Shown here: positions 8,404 to 16,444 of the stretch, one piece after another
How the letters are laid out: each line of letters starts with the position of its first letter
Position numbering within the stretch: the stretch's first letter is position 1
Origin: a candidate division FCPU426 bacterium
GTDB lineage: Bacteria; Oederibacteriota; Muellerivitia; Muellerivitales; Muellerivitaceae
Reading direction: 5' to 3'
DNA length: 64,000 nucleotides
Assembly: GCA_963847625.1 (NCBI GenBank)
Contig: CAWKAR010000021.1
Coordinates: 960 to 64,959, forward strand
Notes under the pieces: model-generated
What the model was told of the DNA's origin: nothing
Databases searched by the model: none
What the model saw: the letters and a program-made list of their open reading frames with translations, nothing else
Translations under genes and position numbers: made by a program

Positions 8404-9030
8404 CTATTTCCACTCCATAGGCCGCTTTAATACATAACCATCCGCTTTTTTCACCTCATCCGGGAATTGACTATGGGCAATATTGGCCCGTCCAAGAGTT
8501 AAATGCGCATGTGCAATCTCGCTGAGATTATATGAATAACGGCCGGGGGGGAAAATCGCGACTATCCTTTTACCAGGAAACATTGCCTTAATTTTGGATA
8601 TGGGCGCCATTAAATCGGCGTCGGCACACACCAGCAACGCAGTATCAAATCTATCCTCATAGGCATCCGCCGTCATTTCTACCGCCAGGTTAACGTCGGT
8701 CATTTTTTCACTGTAGGTTTTGTAGGTGTAACCGCATTGGCGGCAATTCCGGTTCTGTACCTGGTACCGGCCATAAAAAAGATCCAAATTTTTCAGCGTA
8801 CCCAGGGCGCCGAGATAAGCCGATTGCCTCTCAAATTTTTCCTTTGGTTCCGTAACCCGCGACGTAAAATATTTAATATTCACGAGGGTTTGACCAGGCC
8901 TCAAAATCCTGCCGATCATCTTGGATAAATCCAACCAATAAAACCTCTTCCAGCCCATATCTTTCAGGCCGAAATACAGGTTGAATCCATCGATATAAGT
9001 AATCACGCGGTTTTGGCCCATACTTGACAC
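8404..9030 (-). CDS. NYN-domain (LabA/DUF88-like) putative ribonuclease
   Basis: 208 aa with YIDGFNLYF, TDVNLAVEM and LLVCADADL motifs typical of NYN/PIN-like nucleases. Confidence 0.7.
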   Translation of the reverse strand: MSSMGQNRVITYIDGFNLYFGLKDMGWKRFYWLDLSKMIGRILRPGQTLVNIKYFTSRVTEPKEKFERQSAYLGALGTLKNLDLFYGRYQVQNRNCRQCGYTYKTYSEKMTDVNLAVEMTADAYEDRFDTALLVCADADLMAPISKIKAMFPGKRIVAIFPPGRYSYNLSEIAHAHLTLGRANIAHSQFPDEVKKADGYVLKRPMEWK

Positions 9031-9317
9031 CTTGTCAGTCTGGCATTACATTACTTCTAGAGCCGCCGGAGATTGCATCTCCGGCCCGACGTCCGTTCTT
9101 CCTTCGGGAAGGCGGGCGTTTCTTTTTTATGGCACTTTTTATATCCCCCAAAACACCCCTTTAAAAAGAAAAACCCGCCAAAAGTGAGCATGCCCAAAGG
9201 GCAGAGGCTTGGCGGGTGTGCTGATATATTTATACCCAAACCGCAGGGTCATGGCAAGAACTCGTATAGGTATATGAATTTCTCGAGTTAATTCGGCCAT
9301 ATTACCAATACCTCAAA

Positions 9318-10369
9318 GCTGAATTCAACCAGTAAGTGCAACACCTTGACTAAAGACCTGCTCCGGCGTTTTGAAACGAAGGCACTTGCGAGGACGATGG
9401 TTTAGGATCCGTTCCACGCGTCGTACATTCGCTGGGGTTATAGTAGCAAAATCCGTTTTCTTGGGATAGAAGCGACGAACAAGACCTGCAGTATTTTCAA
9501 CACAACCTTTCTCCCAACTGTGGAAGGGCAAACAAAAGAATGAACGAGTGCCTGAAACACGATTCACCTGGAGATGTTCGACGTTTTCGGAGCCATTGTC
9601 GTATGTGATGGTACGGCGGAGGCCTTTTGAAATCCGAACCAACCGACGGTTGATTGCGGCTCTAGTGTGGAAAGCTGATTTTTGAGGTAGCCAAGCCAGT
9701 TTCACCAGACGACTTTTGCGCTCGACCATAACCAGAAGTGAGGGTTTGCTTTTCCGGGAGATGATGGTGTCGGCCTCCCAGTGCCCGAATTGCTGTCTTG
9801 TTTCAACGATAGCTGGTCGTTGGGTAATGGGAGTACGTTGAGGAATATGGCTTTTGCGATGTTTTTGAGTGTGCCAACGTCGCAAACGTTTTCGATGGGC
9901 CCGGGCTAGATGAGGAATGAGGTTTCGAGCTTCGCAGTAGATGAATTGATAGATGGCTTCATGGGAAACGGAAAGTTTTGGTTTCTCCCGGCGAAGAAAA
10001 CCGGCAATTTGCTCGGGCGAGAGTCCACGAGGTATTTCTCGCAGTACTAAACGGCGAATCTCAGGATTTTTAAGCCTTAAATGAGTACGTGAAAGACGGT
10101 TTCGGTGTTCTGCACGCATGTGAGCTCTGGCGGGCAGGTAGCGGCGAGATCGTATAGGAGGGGCGTTGCGCTTCAGTTCTCGGGAAATGCTGGATACATC
10201 ACGGCCCAGACGGCGTGCGATTTCCCGAAGGGAGAGGCCTTCAGCATTCCAAACTGAAATTTCTTCACGTTCGGCTAACGACAGATGCTTGTAGGATGAT
10301 TTCATAGCACTTAGGATAACCCCCGGGTTCTGCCGGGTCTAAGTGTTGCACTTCGTTATTGAACTGGGG
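9318..10369 (-). mobile_element. IS30-family IS, type 1, copy A (1052 bp)
   Basis: Appears identical to 60992-62043. Boundaries come from where the two copies diverge. 3-bp target duplication AAA (9315-9317 / 10370-12). ~25-bp imperfect TIR containing AGTGCAACAC. Confidence 0.9.
9325..10305 (-). CDS. IS30-family transposase
   Basis: 326 aa with an N-terminal HTH (LSLREIARRLGR..S.ISRELKRN) and a DDE core (HWE.DT...YDNGSE). Identical protein at 60999..61979. Confidence 0.92.
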   Translation of the reverse strand: MKSSYKHLSLAEREEISVWNAEGLSLREIARRLGRDVSSISRELKRNAPPIRSRRYLPARAHMRAEHRNRLSRTHLRLKNPEIRRLVLREIPRGLSPEQIAGFLRREKPKLSVSHEAIYQFIYCEARNLIPHLARAHRKRLRRWHTQKHRKSHIPQRTPITQRPAIVETRQQFGHWEADTIISRKSKPSLLVMVERKSRLVKLAWLPQKSAFHTRAAINRRLVRISKGLRRTITYDNGSENVEHLQVNRVSGTRSFFCLPFHSWEKGCVENTAGLVRRFYPKKTDFATITPANVRRVERILNHRPRKCLRFKTPEQVFSQGVALTG

Positions 10370-10395
10370 AAACAACAATTCTGAATCAGCTGTAC

Positions 10396-10914
10396 TCAAT
10401 ACTCGTTATATTTTTTATTGCTTCCCTTGGACTTACTAATGGGATATTTCCTGGCGCTCTTCCTCAATTTTCTCTCGGCCGCTTTCCCCAAATCGATGTC
10501 ATATCTCTGGGCGAAACGCACCACGAAGAACAGCACATCCGCCAGTTCATCGGAAATCTCTTCCCTTTTTACCTTATTCTTGAATAACCCCGCCGTTTCC
10601 TTTTCGTTCTTAATGCCGATTCCCCTATGGAATCGACACAACCAAACCATGACCTCGGTTTGAGACCTCGGTCAAGGTGACCGGAAATGTTCCAGCAACT
10701 CCGACGCCTCGGTGATGATGCCGATGGCTATGTCTTTCGCGGCTGATTCCCTATGGAATCAGCACAGCCAAAACACGGACCTCGGTTTGTGACCTCGGCC
10801 CAGGCGCCATGTTACTGGCCCCACGCACCGCAGCGTGGGGCAGGGCCAATCCCTGTCTTCGCAGAATTTTTGCACTTTTGCCTTGAGCTGTTGGAGGGTG
10901 GTTTTGTTATCCAA
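10396..10914 (-). pseudogene. MazG-like nucleotide pyrophosphohydrolase interrupted by repeat insertions (two in-frame TGA)
   Basis: One reading frame runs from TTG 10914 to the stop at 10396. It reads LDNKTTLQQLKAKVQKFCEDRDW, then a 102-nt insert, AAKDIAIGIITEASELLEHFR, a 66-nt insert, and IKNEKE...EEISDELADVLFFVVRFAQRYDIDL...KYP. Each insert carries an in-frame TGA. Confidence 0.7.
10819..10844. repeat. P hairpin (CCCCACGC-ACCGCA-GCGTGGGG + CAGG), copy inside the MazG-like gene
   Basis: 8-bp perfect stem with a 6-nt loop. A second copy at 18232-18256 has two compensatory stem changes. Confidence 0.65.
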
Positions 10915-11064
10915 TTATATTTTCTCGTTTAGAAAGATTTTTATGAACACGAAGAAGTTATTGCAGGCGCCGTCATTACGGTGTTTCGGGGACCAAAGGT
11001 AATGCCCTTTTACCTCGTGTTGATAGGTTTGATTTTGATTGACCCACCAAAACCGTTGTTCCAT
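10915..11064 (-). pseudogene. 49-codon N-terminal remnant resembling N-termini of type IV restriction / McrB-Mrr-like proteins
   Basis: Manual translation gives MEQRFWWVNQNQTYQHEVKGHYLWSPKHRNDGACNNFF..., with a stop abutting the MazG-like start. Family assignment is from memory of the WWVNQ...YLW.PK motif only. Confidence 0.3.
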
Positions 11065-11163
11065 ATATAGGCATCTCCAAAAACCACAACAATTCTAAAC
11101 CTTCTCACCTCCTTTCCATTAAAAAAGGGTGGTAATACCAACAGATATTATTGGGAGAATTTC

Positions 11164-11340
11164 ATGATTTGGTTGGTTTTAGGCATTTTGGCGGTTCTTT
11201 ACGTTTGCTTACGACTGTTCAAACTATTGAATGTGAGAAATATCGATAAAAACATCATCGGAGATCGTAAAAAGTTCTTTCCCACCCGGTTGATGAAGCC
11301 GCCCAAATCTTCCGGGCTTAAACGGCAACGCCTCTAGGCT
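11164..11340 (+). CDS. Possible 58-aa single-TM protein
   Basis: Manual ORF MIWLVLGILAVLYVCLRLFKLL... followed by a basic tail. Below the ORF-track cutoff. No family. Confidence 0.25.
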
Positions 11341-11588
11341 TCGGTCCATAGTCTTTCTCTTTCTTCACGGTTTGGCATGAACTAAAAACCTTTCCCATAT
11401 CGGATAGCGCTTTTAAAGCATTTTCCCTTGTCCACGGCGGGTCCCCGTCGTGGACAATCATTTTTTACGCCGGTTCACCCATGGATGACTGCCGATTTAC
11501 TTCCGGCCTTACAAAACACTCTTAAGGTATGATCAAAATCTTTCCCCTTCGCAAAACCGTTTGGCCGTTCTGGATGACATAATAATAA

Positions 11589-11778
11589 GCGATTATCCCC
11601 TTTAGATAAGTAATTAAATAAGGTTAAACCGCCGATCAAATCCGATGGACGCCGATAAGTTTGAAAACGCTTTGAACTATAAGCCGATATCGGCGTCAAT
11701 CGGCCGTTATCGGCGGTTAAATGGTTTGACTATCGAATCTAATTTTCTTGTTTACTTATTTCAAAGGGATATTCGCCT
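11589..11778. mobile_element. 190-bp MITE inserted in the 3' end of the 563-aa surface-protein gene
   Basis: Imperfect ~25-bp TIRs (GCGATTATCCCCTTTAGATAAGTAA / reverse complement AGGCGAATATCCCTTTGAAATAAGTAA). 8-bp direct repeat AATAATAA at 11581-88 and 11779-86. Excision restores the ORF. Confidence 0.8.
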
Positions 11779-13468
11779 AATAATAAATACCGGGTGAAAT
11801 GGTGGCTCCATTACGGTTCTTTGCCCCGATCCACTCCGTTGGATCACCTGATCGGCTGATCATATTCACCAACTCCCCCGAAACTGTAAATATTAACACC
11901 TGGGCGCCCGCCGGCAGACAGCTAATCCTTAAAGCTTGGCCATATGAGCTTTGAAGACTGTAAGGATCGGGCCAAATTTGTATGTCGCAAACGGGAGTAT
12001 TTGTAAAGGTATTCATGGGGGTAACGGTAATGGTGGGGGTGAAAGTGTTAATGGGAGTCGGTGTGGGAGTGGGAGTCGGGGTTATCGTGGGTGTGTTTGT
12101 GGGGGTGGTGGTAGGCGTAGTCATGGCCAGCAAAAGACCCCCGGGGTAACCGTAAGCATCCGCTCCATCAAAACCATAAACAATCACTCCAAAAGGGACC
12201 GGCCCGGCCAAGGCATGGGGGGCCACCGAAACGGATACCTGGGCACCCGAATATCCGCTAGTGCCGACGGGGGTGAAAAGGCCCGCCGGAATGGCCGTTC
12301 CGTCCAAAGTAAGGGTTCCCACCGAAGCAGTGGGCACCATGATATTCTCGAAATTCTCGGCAAAACCCGAGGGCGAGAGTCCAGAGAGGGGCATGGGAAC
12401 CAAGTAATTCGTTGCAAACTCGTTGACCGGCGGGATCGAAATCATAGAGGGATCCCCATAGCCGTTAGGAACGTTGTCATAGTATTCGCCGTTGGAATAT
12501 TGCATGACATAAATGGGGTTGTTGGAGGTGATCTGGGAGGGAATGGTCAGTATCTGCTCGAAATACTGTCCTTGACCTAAGGTGGCCACTAGGGCACCGT
12601 TGACCGAAACGTTCGTCCCATTTTGGGAAGCCAAAAACCGGAAAGTGTCCCCATTCAGGCGGGTGGCCAAGGGGACGGTGATAAAATTCATCCCCCACAT
12701 CGACGTGGGCCATAATTGCTCCACAATATAATTGGCGGTTGTATAGCTTACGGGGACGTCAGCTCCCTCAACAGCCCCCCAAATCGCGACTGGATTGCTG
12801 GCATTGATCAGGCTCCCCGAAAGGTCTGTGTCTGTAACACCGTTCTGGAGTTGGTAGACATCGCCCTGGTTTAGGGTAACGATGAAAGGCACCCCTGCGG
12901 CATGTGTGCCGGTGGCGACGGAAGGCGTGATGGTAACAGCGGTGCCGTTTTGGACCCCAACTACCGCCAATTCTGAAAAAAAGGTGACTGGGGGGGATGA
13001 GTCACCAATAAACTGGTCATAGGAAAGGGAGATGTAGCTTTGTCCCAGGGTGGCGGTGGGAAGGGCCAGATAAGCATCCGTTGAGTAGGCTTCGTAACTC
13101 AACCCGATAACCGCCACCAATGCCGAGGCGGTGATATGGATTCCCAAGGGAGCCGTGACATCCGATCCCGTTGGCATGCAAGCTATCGGTAGCGTCACCG
13201 TTGTCATACCCCCTGCCGGGATGGTAAATGGTGTTGTGAAGGACAGCCCGGGAATTTGAACTGTTCCCGATGTGGCGGTCGCAGAAGAAATGAGAAGTTC
13301 TTCCAGCCTAGGCGGTTGGAACAAATCCCCCTGGGGAAAGGTCAACCAAAAATCCGTTCCCAGGTTGCCCGCCACGTTCCCAAAAGAAGATGGGGAACCG
13401 GATAAATAAAGAGCGAGGGTGAATAAAGAAACACGGTAAAATTGTTTGAGTATTTTTTGGAAATTCAT
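11777..13468 (-). CDS. Secreted surface protein: IgGFc-binding-protein-N-like domain + Thr/Pro linker + C-terminal FlgD-Ig/T9SS-like sorting domain (truncated by MITE; ancestral end at 11522)
   Basis: Signal peptide, a GTDFWLTFPQ start motif, a TPT-rich linker, and a C-terminal domain ending ...ISPGIYY then a stop. The remaining 19 codons (YVIQNGQTVLRRGKILIIP) lie at 11522-11580. Confidence 0.75.
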   Translation of the reverse strand: MNFQKILKQFYRVSLFTLALYLSGSPSSFGNVAGNLGTDFWLTFPQGDLFQPPRLEELLISSATATSGTVQIPGLSFTTPFTIPAGGMTTVTLPIACMPTGSDVTAPLGIHITASALVAVIGLSYEAYSTDAYLALPTATLGQSYISLSYDQFIGDSSPPVTFFSELAVVGVQNGTAVTITPSVATGTHAAGVPFIVTLNQGDVYQLQNGVTDTDLSGSLINASNPVAIWGAVEGADVPVSYTTANYIVEQLWPTSMWGMNFITVPLATRLNGDTFRFLASQNGTNVSVNGALVATLGQGQYFEQILTIPSQITSNNPIYVMQYSNGEYYDNVPNGYGDPSMISIPPVNEFATNYLVPMPLSGLSPSGFAENFENIMVPTASVGTLTLDGTAIPAGLFTPVGTSGYSGAQVSVSVAPHALAGPVPFGVIVYGFDGADAYGYPGGLLLAMTTPTTTPTNTPTITPTPTPTPTPINTFTPTITVTPMNTFTNTPVCDIQIWPDPYSLQSSYGQALRISCLPAGAQVLIFTVSGELVNMISRSGDPTEWIGAKNRNGATISPGIYY

Positions 13469-13550
13469 TTACGAGTTGCTTTCTTTAAATAAATTGACTT
13501 AAGTATTTCCTCTATGCATGTCCCCCGTGTCCAAAGCCCATGTTTTTCGC

Positions 13551-13640
13551 TGTGCCGATTCACATAATTGTAAAAATAATAAGGAGATCGGTACGATACC
13601 AGCTTCAATATCATCTTTATGGAAAGCTGGTATATGCCGA
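13551..13640 (+). repeat. S element (two-hairpin structured repeat), copy S1
   Basis: H1 is GTGCCGAT-loop-ATCGGTAC and H2 is ACCAGCTT-loop-AAGCTGGT, followed by an extra TGCCGAT. Confidence 0.7.
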
Positions 13641-13877
13641 TCATCCACTCGTAAAAATGGTTTCATTCTTTCTATACTTTATAGATGGCTGAAAGGCTGA
13701 TTTATTCCAATAAATATAGGTTTTTAAAGAAATAATTTTATCAGTTTTAGGGTAATGAAAACAAAGATAGCATGTATGGGCCAGCAACCTACGTAGTAGC
13801 TTTGATCAATAGTAGCTGATCAAAATAACGCGGGTTGCTCCTGGTAAGGAGCCTATCCGCATACGGAGGGCTGACCC

Positions 13878-14984
13878 ATGGGAAATAATAGCACGGTGGT
13901 AGGGCTGGATGTTCATAAGGAAACGATCACGATTGCAGTTTTAAGGCCCGACAAGGATCGTCCTGATCCCTCGGTTACGGTTGAAAATCAGCCATCAATC
14001 ATTGAAAAGAAAGTACGGGAACTTAATCGCCGCCATGCCCCACTGGAATTCGTTTATGAGGCTGGGCCTGGGGGATTTGCTTTGTATAGGCAGATTACCC
14101 AATTGGGACACCCTTGTGCGGTGATTGCGCCCGCATGGATGCCGATGAAACCTGGGGACCGAGTCAAGACGGACCGAAAGGACGCAGAAAAGCTGTCTTG
14201 GTATTGGCGCATGAGGGATTTGAAAGAAGTCCGGGTACCCACGCCCGAAGAAGAATCCGTGAGGGATTTGCTGCGTGTCCGGGAAGATGTTCTCGCAAAC
14301 CAGTTGAGAGCCCGTCATCGGTTATTGAAATTCCTGCTTAGGCAAGGCCGGATTTATCGGGGTGGCAAACACTGGACCCAAGCCCATAGGGAATGGTTGA
14401 GACACCAGAAGTTTGAGCTGCCAAATCTCGTAAAGACCTATGAAGCGAATTACCGAATTTTGGCTGAGATTGACGTGCACTTGGCTGATTTGAATTGTGA
14501 AGTTGAATTGCTGGCACAAGACGAGAAATATCGAATTGCTGTCAGCTATTTGAAATGCCTGAAAGGCGTTAACACACTCACGGCCATGACTTTATTAGCA
14601 GAAAGCGGAGATTTCAGGCGGTTTAAAAACGCCCGCAGTTATATGCGATATACGGGAATGGTCAGTTGGGAAGACAGCACCGGAAGCCATGTTTACCGGG
14701 GCGGGATTGTCAAATCCGGAAATGCCCATTTGAGGCGAGTGCTAGTCCAAGGGGCATGGACCTATCAGCTACGAAGCCTTGGGAGTCCAACACTCGCTAA
14801 ACGGAGAAAAGGTTGTCCCCCGGAAGTTATACATTTAGCACGAAAAGCTGATGAACGTTTGCATTTGAAGTTTCGGCGGATGGTAAGCCGAAACAAACGT
14901 TCCCAGGTGGCGGTAGTGGCCATCGCACGGGAATTGGCTGGCTTTATCTGGGCGATTGGACAGATGATCCCATCCGATCAGTAA
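13878..14984 (+). CDS. IS110-family DEDD transposase/recombinase
   Basis: 368 aa with N-terminal VGLDVHK and C-terminal LKGVNTLTAMTLLAESGD..RF...Y.G...SG (Transposase_20-like). Confidence 0.9.
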   Translation: MGNNSTVVGLDVHKETITIAVLRPDKDRPDPSVTVENQPSIIEKKVRELNRRHAPLEFVYEAGPGGFALYRQITQLGHPCAVIAPAWMPMKPGDRVKTDRKDAEKLSWYWRMRDLKEVRVPTPEEESVRDLLRVREDVLANQLRARHRLLKFLLRQGRIYRGGKHWTQAHREWLRHQKFELPNLVKTYEANYRILAEIDVHLADLNCEVELLAQDEKYRIAVSYLKCLKGVNTLTAMTLLAESGDFRRFKNARSYMRYTGMVSWEDSTGSHVYRGGIVKSGNAHLRRVLVQGAWTYQLRSLGSPTLAKRRKGCPPEVIHLARKADERLHLKFRRMVSRNKRSQVAVVAIARELAGFIWAIGQMIPSDQ

Positions 14985-14987
14985 TAG

Positions 14988-15279
14988 ATCCGATGAGAAG
15001 AAAAAGAAGGACGAGCTCTGATTTCAGGAGCGTGGCGCGGCACGGAGAACCCTCGACGACCCCTTGTGCAATGAAGTCTTATTTCATGACGCACGGACAA
15101 AGATCGAGGCAGCTCCCGACGACAGGTCATCATGCGTCCCTGCCCTTTGGGGTAATACGCGAATATCAGTTTGATCAACCGTCGGAAATGGCTACGCTCT
15201 TGGAATCAGGGCTCTGTCGTGCTGGTCCGTGAAAAGACCAACACCCTAGAATCTGAAGGTTGACTGGCCCATACATATC
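14988..15279 (+). ncRNA. Candidate bridge-type guide RNA region in the 3' non-coding end of IS110 #1
   Basis: Long non-coding right end with no credible ORF. By analogy, IS1111-group elements are reported to encode bridge RNAs 3' of the recombinase. Structure not folded here. Confidence 0.3.
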
Positions 15280-15280
15280 A

Positions 15281-15580
15281 GGGGTCAGATCGCACGCACC
15301 GCATGCCGAACCCCATTTATACTTTCAATGAAAGTTCGGCGCAGATTTAATATAAATCTGCACTGGCAATCTTCGCACTCGGCTGGTGGCCTCGCGCGGC
15401 CAGTATCGCACCGATTTCATTAACGGTTTTATGGTGAATCGGCGCAGCGTCCGATAGGGTACATTTTTCATTTTAGGTTCGCCCCAAAACCTCCTGAAAA
15501 AAAACAGGCTCTTACTATGCCACCCATTTAGAAAATCGAGAATGGAGAATGGAAAATGAAAAATTATTGGGGATTTACCG
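15281..15580. repeat. R1 multi-hairpin repeat, copy 1
   Basis: Near-identical to 18661- and 24020- over ~245 bp. Starts 1-2 bp after the IS110 #1 right end. Confidence 0.8.
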
Positions 15581-15678
15581 AGGACAGAAACATGAAAAAC
15601 ACTAAAAATGGACAGATTCGACAAGCTCACCGCAGGGCAACGAAGAATGAATAATTAATGTGGATTTACACTGGGCGT

Positions 15679-15752
15679 GCCAGCCTTCTATAAAAATAAA
15701 ACGAGGCTGGTACTGTACCAATTCCATTAACTGTCTTATGGAAAATTGGCAC
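15679..15752 (-). repeat. S element, copy S2
   Basis: On the + strand it reads GCCAGCC-loop-GGCTGGT, TAC, GTACCAAT-loop-ATTGGCAC. H1 carries the compensatory CCAAT/ATTGG variant. Confidence 0.65.
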
Positions 15753-15823
15753 GGAAATCGAATCGGATTCAAACGCGGTTTTATCCAGGGAGAACAATTG
15801 GTCCGGAAACTGACCGCCTTTGC

Positions 15824-16000
15824 TTAAAGCCCGTATTTTTTCTTCACTTCCTTTTCAGCTTGCAACCAGTCTGATAGCGCGTCCCCGGGCTGGTTGAATG
15901 CGGATCTCTTTTTAAAGATTTCCCCGGCAATAGTTCTGATTTCTTCCTGGACCGTCTCAAGAAAGGGTTTTTGCGGGGGTTTCCTTCCAACATTTGCCAT
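15824..16000 (-). CDS. DUF2934-like small protein (58 aa)
   Basis: Manual ORF MANVGRKPPQKPF...GDALSDWLQAEKEVKKKYGL. The DWLQAE motif is characteristic of DUF2934. Below the ORF-track cutoff in this frame. Confidence 0.5.
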   Translation of the reverse strand: MANVGRKPPQKPFLETVQEEIRTIAGEIFKKRSAFNQPGDALSDWLQAEKEVKKKYGL

Positions 16001-16061
16001 GATGCATCTCCTATATTAAAAATTAGTGGCGTGTTCTTCCCGCCACATTCCAACTCTCCTG

Positions 16062-16286
16062 TTAAATACCCTCGAAGAGCTTCTGGATGGGGCAACGCAA
16101 GGCCTTGTGGATCTTGACGACATTCTTCAGCGTGATGCTCCTCTCGCCCCGTTCCAGAAAACCGATGTAGTTGGCCGCCAAACCCGATTTGGCGCCTAAA
16201 TCAGCTTGGGACCAACCGTGAATTTTGCGAACTTTGCGGACATTCCCCCCAAACTTTTCGATGACTTTCTGATTTGATTTATTCAT
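16062..16286 (-). CDS. XRE-family helix-turn-helix transcriptional regulator
   Basis: 74 aa containing ...VRKIHGWSQADLGAKSGLAANYIGFLERGERSITLKNV... Confidence 0.8.
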   Translation of the reverse strand: MNKSNQKVIEKFGGNVRKVRKIHGWSQADLGAKSGLAANYIGFLERGERSITLKNVVKIHKALRCPIQKLFEGI

Positions 16287-16444
16287 ATTTTTAACCCCTC
16301 CATGTTCCTTTAAAAATGCGAGGCAGCGTGACGTCCAAATTTTCCTTTTCCCCGCGGTGTAACACGCCTATTTTTTCCCATCGATGCCGAAAAACCCTTC
16401 TTTTCAGGCTCAAAAGATTCCTCAACCCATTCATCCAGAAAATA

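Larger units (their letters stand above)
13767..15279 (+). mobile_element. IS110-family (IS1111-like) element #1
   Basis: Subterminal inverted repeats ATGTATGGGCCAG(T)CAACCT at 13772-13790 and 15257-15276. Ends GATAGCATG... / ...CATATC resemble those of element #2. 111-nt 5' and ~290-nt 3' non-coding ends. Confidence 0.7.

Noticed and set aside
10396-10914. Possibility that the in-frame TGA codons mean TGA is reassigned (code 4/25) or encodes selenocysteine
   Set aside because: katG terminates at a TGA at the position expected from homologs (…RFDLA). No SECIS-like context was evident. The TGA codons sit inside repeat insertions.
15538-15564. CRISPR array (considered for the heptamer arrays and for the dispersed S/R1 repeats)
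   Set aside because: The units are 7 bp, tandem and without spacers. The S and R1 copies are kilobases apart and irregularly spaced. No cas genes are present.
15325-15630. 101-aa ORF inside R1 copy 1 (and similar ORFs in the other R1 copies, such as 23911..24162 and 18493..18711)
   Set aside because: The frame is not preserved between R1 copies, there is no RBS, and the sequence is dominated by hairpins. It is treated as non-coding repeat.
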